A stretch of 64,000 bases of DNA from Candidatus Heimdallarchaeota archaeon. GTDB taxonomy: Archaea; Asgardarchaeota; Heimdallarchaeia; Hodarchaeales; Hodarchaeaceae. Where the stretch lies: NCBI GenBank assembly GCA_020353515.1, contig CP070695.1, positions 2,390,966-2,454,965 of the forward strand, in the 5' to 3' direction. Below the pieces are notes generated by a model. It did not search any database and was not told where the DNA came from. It saw nothing but the letters and a program-made list of their open reading frames with translations. Below are positions 59,115 to 64,000 of this stretch, piece by piece; the first letter of the stretch is position 1, and every line of letters starts with the position of its first letter. The position numbers were made by a program, and so were the translations under genes.

Positions 59115-60101
59115 TCAGATCATTTCTGGATTGAGTGTTCGATTATCAAACTGAGTTTTCAACTTATTGTATTCCATACGACTAAATGGACACTCTTTAA
59201 TGCAAACAGAACATCCATGATAGTCTAAAAACACAGGAAAACAGTACTCATTTGTAATATGCGTCAATAGGCCATTTTCATGTAAAGTGGGTTCTTCTTG
59301 AATAGCAAATCCAGGGCATTTTCGGATGCAACGACCACACGTTTGACAAAAGTGTGCTATCCATTCGTGAGGATTTCCTTGCGCAATTGGTAAATTCTCA
59401 ATACTAGTGTAGATAGCTGTGAGTCTTACTCGTGGCCCGTTTTCAGGAGTGATTATTAAACCATGTCTCCCATGGTATCCAATTCCAGCAAGTTCTGCAA
59501 GAGGAGGATATAGTACTAAACCTCCCAACGGATGCCCTGCTTGAACAGAAAAACCTTCTTGTCTAAGAAATGTAGTCAAGCGATTTGATGTTTTACCAAG
59601 ATCATCATATGTTTGCATTATCATATAAGCTGTTTCTGAACTTGGTGCTTTCTCTATTTTATCTCTATCCATTTCCATTGAAAGAATGATGACATTTTCG
59701 TGTAAAACAGCCTTATCTTTAAAAATCAATTTTCTTGGCAGCTTTATATACCCGATTGACGAGATTCCTAGTGATTTTGCATAGTTCTCAAAGGCTTGAA
59801 GTTGTTCATCTGTAATCGTTTTTTTCGAAACAACAGGATTTTGATCAATTGTTGTTAATGATCTCTTGATATTCTTGATATTAGAGGGCATTACTCGCAT
59901 TGTTCGAAATGAAGTAATCGGAAGTCTAGAATAATGCTTTACACCTTCGAGTACTATATCAAATCGCTCTGGTGATTCCTTATTACTCTTGATAACATTT
60001 TTATGACTGCTAAACTTAGATTCTTTGTTTAAAATACTCTGAAATTGCCATGTGGCCAAAGAATTCACAAAAAAATTCATTAGTCTAGCTCTGATACCCA
60101 T
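59115..60101 (-). CDS. Reductive dehalogenase / QueG-like corrinoid Fe-S protein
   Basis: LAELAGIGYHGRHGLIITPENGPRVRL, FCQTCGRCIRKCP..AI, C...GCSVCIKECPF. Confidence 0.85.
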   Translation of the reverse strand: MGIRARLMNFFVNSLATWQFQSILNKESKFSSHKNVIKSNKESPERFDIVLEGVKHYSRLPITSFRTMRVMPSNIKNIKRSLTTIDQNPVVSKKTITDEQLQAFENYAKSLGISSIGYIKLPRKLIFKDKAVLHENVIILSMEMDRDKIEKAPSSETAYMIMQTYDDLGKTSNRLTTFLRQEGFSVQAGHPLGGLVLYPPLAELAGIGYHGRHGLIITPENGPRVRLTAIYTSIENLPIAQGNPHEWIAHFCQTCGRCIRKCPGFAIQEEPTLHENGLLTHITNEYCFPVFLDYHGCSVCIKECPFSRMEYNKLKTQFDNRTLNPEMI

Positions 60102-60177
60102 ATCGGCACCTGAAACGAGATAACAATGCTGTTTTCATATCTATTTTGCAGAGTTTTTTAAATCACATTAAAAATTG

Positions 60178-60903
60178 TCATTCTATCATCTCATTGATTT
60201 GTTTTACAATCGCTGAGATCATGATATCAACAATTACTTTTCCTTTTTCTCGTGTTGCTACGGTGGGATCCCCCCAGATTCCAGTTGGAGAAAAATGACC
60301 ATCACCTTTTGGATCTCGTGTTAATCCTCTTCTATTTGGTCTCAAATCTAAATCTTTGACCGCTTTGGACATATCCACTGTATCAGGAGCTATGTGAAGC
60401 ATGATGGAAGTTTCTTCTTCATCAGCGTGAGATCCTCCCTCTTGAACAAGTAGATTATCGGGTAATTCTTTGGAGATGTCTAGGACATTGAAATACTTTA
60501 GAGTTATATTTTCCTCACCTAGGATCTTTGCTGCCTGTTCTAATGGCAGGAGAGTAGAAACTCCAGTGTTTAGTATGTAAAATTTCTTAATTCCATACAA
60601 ACTCATTGATTGACAAATCTCTACTACTATACTGCAGAAAGTTTCCTTTTTGAGTGTAATAGAGCCTGGATATTCTGTAAATGCGGGATAATACCCATAC
60701 TGTAGTGTTGGAAGCACAATTGTAGGAATTTTGTCTTTCACTTGTTCTTTAAGAAATTCTGCTAACAAGAAATCGTTATTCAGTTGTAAATGGGGCCCAT
60801 GTTCTTTGGTACGAGCTCCTAGAGCTATTAGAGCTACTTCATAGCTATTAATAGTTTCTTCTGCCTCAATCCATGTTAAGTTCTCTAATTCTATACTTTT
60901 CAT
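60178..60903 (-). CDS. Creatininase family amidohydrolase
   Basis: LTW.E, EHGPHL...ND, YPGSITL, HADEEETS, GDPTVATREKG. Confidence 0.92.
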   Translation of the reverse strand: MKSIELENLTWIEAEETINSYEVALIALGARTKEHGPHLQLNNDFLLAEFLKEQVKDKIPTIVLPTLQYGYYPAFTEYPGSITLKKETFCSIVVEICQSMSLYGIKKFYILNTGVSTLLPLEQAAKILGEENITLKYFNVLDISKELPDNLLVQEGGSHADEEETSIMLHIAPDTVDMSKAVKDLDLRPNRRGLTRDPKGDGHFSPTGIWGDPTVATREKGKVIVDIMISAIVKQINEMIE

Positions 60904-61056
60904 CCCAATCTACTTCAATTTACTAATACATGATTTTTGATTAGATAGAAAGAGAGATAATCATTGCATATTAAGATTATTCTTGTCTTCTTAAAAGTAA
61001 TTTCTGATAAATCATCAAAGGAATAATGCATTTTCCTGAATTTTAAGGCGAAATTT

Positions 61057-61818
61057 ATGGAAGAAAAGAAAGAGAATACTTTTACTAGTCTTTTTGATGA
61101 TGCTAAAGCCGTAGATATTAGAGGATGGGACTTTTCTTACGTTAAGGAGAGGATGACTTCAGAACCTCTTCCTTGGGACTATAGAAAGATAATCCTTCCA
61201 TATGTAAAAAAAGCAAACTGCATGTTAGACATGGGTACTGGAGGAGGAGAATTTCTATCATCATTAGATCCATTACCAAAGGTTACATTTGCAACAGAAG
61301 CGTATCCCCCCAATATTCCTATTGCAAAAGAGACACTTGATGGCTATAACGTTAAATTAGTTCCAGTAACACAACACGAAAAACTACCTTTACCTGATGA
61401 TTTCTTTGATCTGATAATCAATCGTCATGAATACTATTGCCCAGAAGAAATATACAGAATACTTAAACCTCAAGGAATATTTATTACCCAACAAGTAGGA
61501 CGACTCAATAATATTGAATTAAATCGATTTTTTGGTGATGTGAGTTACAAAGATTGGGAATGGGATCTAAAATACGCATCACAACAATTGAAGACGAATG
61601 GATTCAGCATACTTAACAGTGAAGAAGCCACAATAAATGAATATTTTAGAGATATTGGAGCAGTAGTGTTTTATCTGCGTATAATCTCATGGCAGATCCC
61701 TAATTTCAATATTGATGAAAACATCAAGAAATTTAAGGAATTACATTCAATAATTCAGAAAGATGGACTATTCAAAACTCATGCTCATCGATTTTTGATT
61801 ATCGTAAAAAAAGAATGA
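61057..61818 (+). CDS. Class I SAM-dependent methyltransferase
   Basis: GWDFS, LDMGTGGGE, FDLIINRH, FITQQVG. Confidence 0.92.
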   Translation: MEEKKENTFTSLFDDAKAVDIRGWDFSYVKERMTSEPLPWDYRKIILPYVKKANCMLDMGTGGGEFLSSLDPLPKVTFATEAYPPNIPIAKETLDGYNVKLVPVTQHEKLPLPDDFFDLIINRHEYYCPEEIYRILKPQGIFITQQVGRLNNIELNRFFGDVSYKDWEWDLKYASQQLKTNGFSILNSEEATINEYFRDIGAVVFYLRIISWQIPNFNIDENIKKFKELHSIIQKDGLFKTHAHRFLIIVKKE

Positions 61819-62038
61819 AATTAACAACATTAAGTTGAAAATACTGCATTTCCATTGATTTAATCTACAAATAGCTTTTGAAATCCCAGGAAAGGAGCCA
61901 CTGTTACATTAAAACGAGTTTTTCTTCTATATGCCTTTAAAATACAATAATCAGATTCTCTAATTTGGATAAATTCTTATATTCTCAATGTGATTATTTG
62001 TTTATCCAATAGTTATCTTGGAAAGGTGAAAATAACAA

Positions 62039-63109
62039 TTGGCTACAGTAACTTTATGCTGGCAAATCTCTAATATCCTTTTGTTATTCACCTTATTCAT
62101 AGCTGTCCTCGGCTTATTAAGTCGAATTCATTGGATTTCGATTGGTCGTATCAGTAGATATAATGTTTCTTTTTTATTATTTTATATATTTAGTATTTGT
62201 GCGATATTTTTGCAATGGTTAGTTATTAATGGTTCTTTGATGTTCTTGCCGTCTTCATCAACCTATACTTATATCGCTCTTTGGTTCAAGGGGGCCTTAT
62301 GTTCTTTAATCTTGTCCTCATTCTTTCTTATCTACATTGGTCAGCACAGTTTTGTGATTAGAAAATTTTCGACATAAAAATACTATTCACACTTTATCGC
62401 AGTATTTTATTTCTTTTGTATTGGAATCTTGATCTTTTTAATATTCACTGATGTAACAGTAATTGATATTATTGATAATAGCCCCTCGTTCGATTTTAAT
62501 CCTCCTATTACTCTTGTTTTAACTGCTTTATATGGCTCACTCAGTGGAGGATTGTTCGCTTTTATCTCATTGCGATCGAGAATCCGAACGTTTAAAGAAC
62601 CAGTTAAGGATTTAATACCAATATATCCATTTTATCTAGGGTTCACTTTAATTGGAGGATGTTGCCTCATATTTATTGGTTTCATTATAATTTTTGATCC
62701 AGTTCTAGGTTCTATGTGGCCATGCTTACGGATGTTCTTATCTTCCACTATCTATCTTATCTTCTTATGGTTTCCAACAATGGAATCAATGTTTGAGATC
62801 TTTTTTCAAAGCCGTATGGACAGAATTGAAACAGTACTGGGTAGGGACAAAGTATTAGACATTATCGATCACGATCTAGCTAATGTTACACAGATTCTCC
62901 ATACATATTTTGAAACAATTCAACTATCTGATCAGGAGAGAGAGTTTTTAAAGAAGCAAGTTGACCGCATGAACAAACTAATAACAGAATCACGAGCTAT
63001 AGTGATACACGAAGATGATATGTTAGTACAGGAATTAATGAGATTTTACAAATCAACACGTGTTCAAAACAATCTTTTAGATAAATCCAAAACAAAAAAA
63101 GAAGCCTAA
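62039..63109 (+). pseudogene. Multi-TM sensor with a HisKA-like helix, interrupted by one in-frame TAA and lacking an ATPase domain
   Basis: ORFs 62039..62377 and 62429..63109 are in the same frame; the sequence between them is open (KYYSHFIAVFYFFCIGI); DIIDHDLAN H-box near the C-terminus. Confidence 0.65.
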
Positions 63110-63265
63110 AACCATTAATTTTCTGTACCGACTGGATTCTATAATACTTTCTTGCCATTTAATAGAATGGATGATTCATTGGGATTTGTAAATCCATTTA
63201 GTAAGGTTAAAAAATTCTTACTCATTTATTACATATTTTCATAAAAAACAGCAGGTGAATATTAG

Positions 63266-63886
63266 ATGAAAACAAATCAAGTAATAAAAATAATAATTCC
63301 ATTAGTACTCTTATTGGGTGCCGCTACTGCTTTTATTGTTGCGGTTATTGGTAGCCAGCAAGTGAATACTACAGCAGAGACTCAAGAGTCAAATCAAGCT
63401 ACTAGTGCCTACATAGCTTTCCTCTATATTGAAGGTGTTGATGGTGAAGCTCAAGCACAGGATCATGAAAATTGGATTGAGGTTCTTGCTTATTCCCATA
63501 ATGTTATGACCGCGGATCCAACAGGTGCAGTCCGCACTGCAGGCTCAGTACAGCACGCTCCACTTCGGATTACCAAAATGGTAGATAAGGCCTCACCTAA
63601 ACTGTACGAAAAGTGTGTTAACGGTGAAACGATCGTTTCAGTAAAACTGGATTGCTGCACAGCCTTTGGCGAAGACTTGAAAGTGTTCTATCAAATTGAA
63701 CTGCAGAATGCAATGATCACTTCAGCTCAAGATTTTGGTATAGTAGCAGGAGAAGGAATTCCTACTGAGACTGTTTCTTTCACATATGAATCCATTAGAT
63801 GGACATATTCGGAATTTGATGCTGCAGGTCAAAAAAAGGGAGATATACAAACACCTTGGATCTCCACAGAGACCTCAGAAACCTAA
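63266..63886 (+). CDS. hcp: Hcp (type VI secretion tube) family protein with an N-terminal signal/TM helix
   Basis: FLYIEGVDGE...HENWIEVLAYSH, HAPLRITKMVDKASPKLY..C.NGE.I, YQIEL.NA.I, PTETVSFTYESIRWTY; GGTGA RBS at 63254-63258. Confidence 0.9.
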   Translation: MKTNQVIKIIIPLVLLLGAATAFIVAVIGSQQVNTTAETQESNQATSAYIAFLYIEGVDGEAQAQDHENWIEVLAYSHNVMTADPTGAVRTAGSVQHAPLRITKMVDKASPKLYEKCVNGETIVSVKLDCCTAFGEDLKVFYQIELQNAMITSAQDFGIVAGEGIPTETVSFTYESIRWTYSEFDAAGQKKGDIQTPWISTETSET

Positions 63887-63913
63887 TAAATCAAGAAAAA
63901 CCGTTGACCAATA

Positions 63914-64000
63914 ATGAAAAAGTCGAAGACTCCTTTTTTAATAGTCATATTCGCATTAGTCGGTTGTACCTTGAGCCCATCTATAGCTAATCAACAAACT
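63914..64000 (+). CDS. N-terminus of a secreted protein (runs off the right edge)
   Basis: MKKSKTPFLIVIFALVGCTLSPSIANQQT; signal-peptide-like; starts 27 nt after the hcp stop. Confidence 0.6.
   Translation, partial: MKKSKTPFLIVIFALVGCTLSPSIANQQT

Noticed and set aside
62375-62377. Possible Sec/Pyl recoding at the in-frame stops (also 9387-9389)
   Set aside because: Both stops are TAA, not TGA or TAG, and many other genes end normally at TAA.
63266-63886. Calling a complete type VI secretion system or prophage tail
   Set aside because: Only Hcp is visible; no sheath, baseplate, spike or phage gene lies in the window.

Overview
AT-rich archaeal chromosomal window, most likely from an Asgard archaeon (Heimdallarchaeia-like). 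This assignment is inferred from an archaeal histone with a Lys-rich N-terminal tail, tandem Rab-like GTPases, a giant surface protein with a longin/roadblock-like tail, a PGF-CTERM-like surface protein and A1-U72 tRNA-Gln genes. Most of the roughly 55 CDS are metabolic or transport genes. I saw no rRNA, CRISPR array, integrase or transposase. Stand-out observations: (1) a true bacterial-type glutaminyl-tRNA synthetase, unusual in Archaea, converges on both tRNA-Gln genes, which carry G73 and A37 (E. coli GlnRS identity elements) on an archaeal A1-U72 acceptor stem; (2) a T6SS Hcp tube protein with an N-terminal signal/anchor helix lies at the right edge, followed by another secreted-protein gene; (3) a 2180-aa receptor-like protein with a cytoplasmic longin/roadblock-like domain lies directly downstream of two duplicated Rab-like GTPases; (4) a tailed histone ends a same-strand run with an Eis-type acetyltransferase, a metallophosphoesterase and a wHTH-C4C4 zinc-finger protein. 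Two degraded loci are also visible: a collapsed ferredoxin/AOR operon and a nonsense-interrupted membrane HisKA gene. All calls come from motif recognition by eye; no database search was run.
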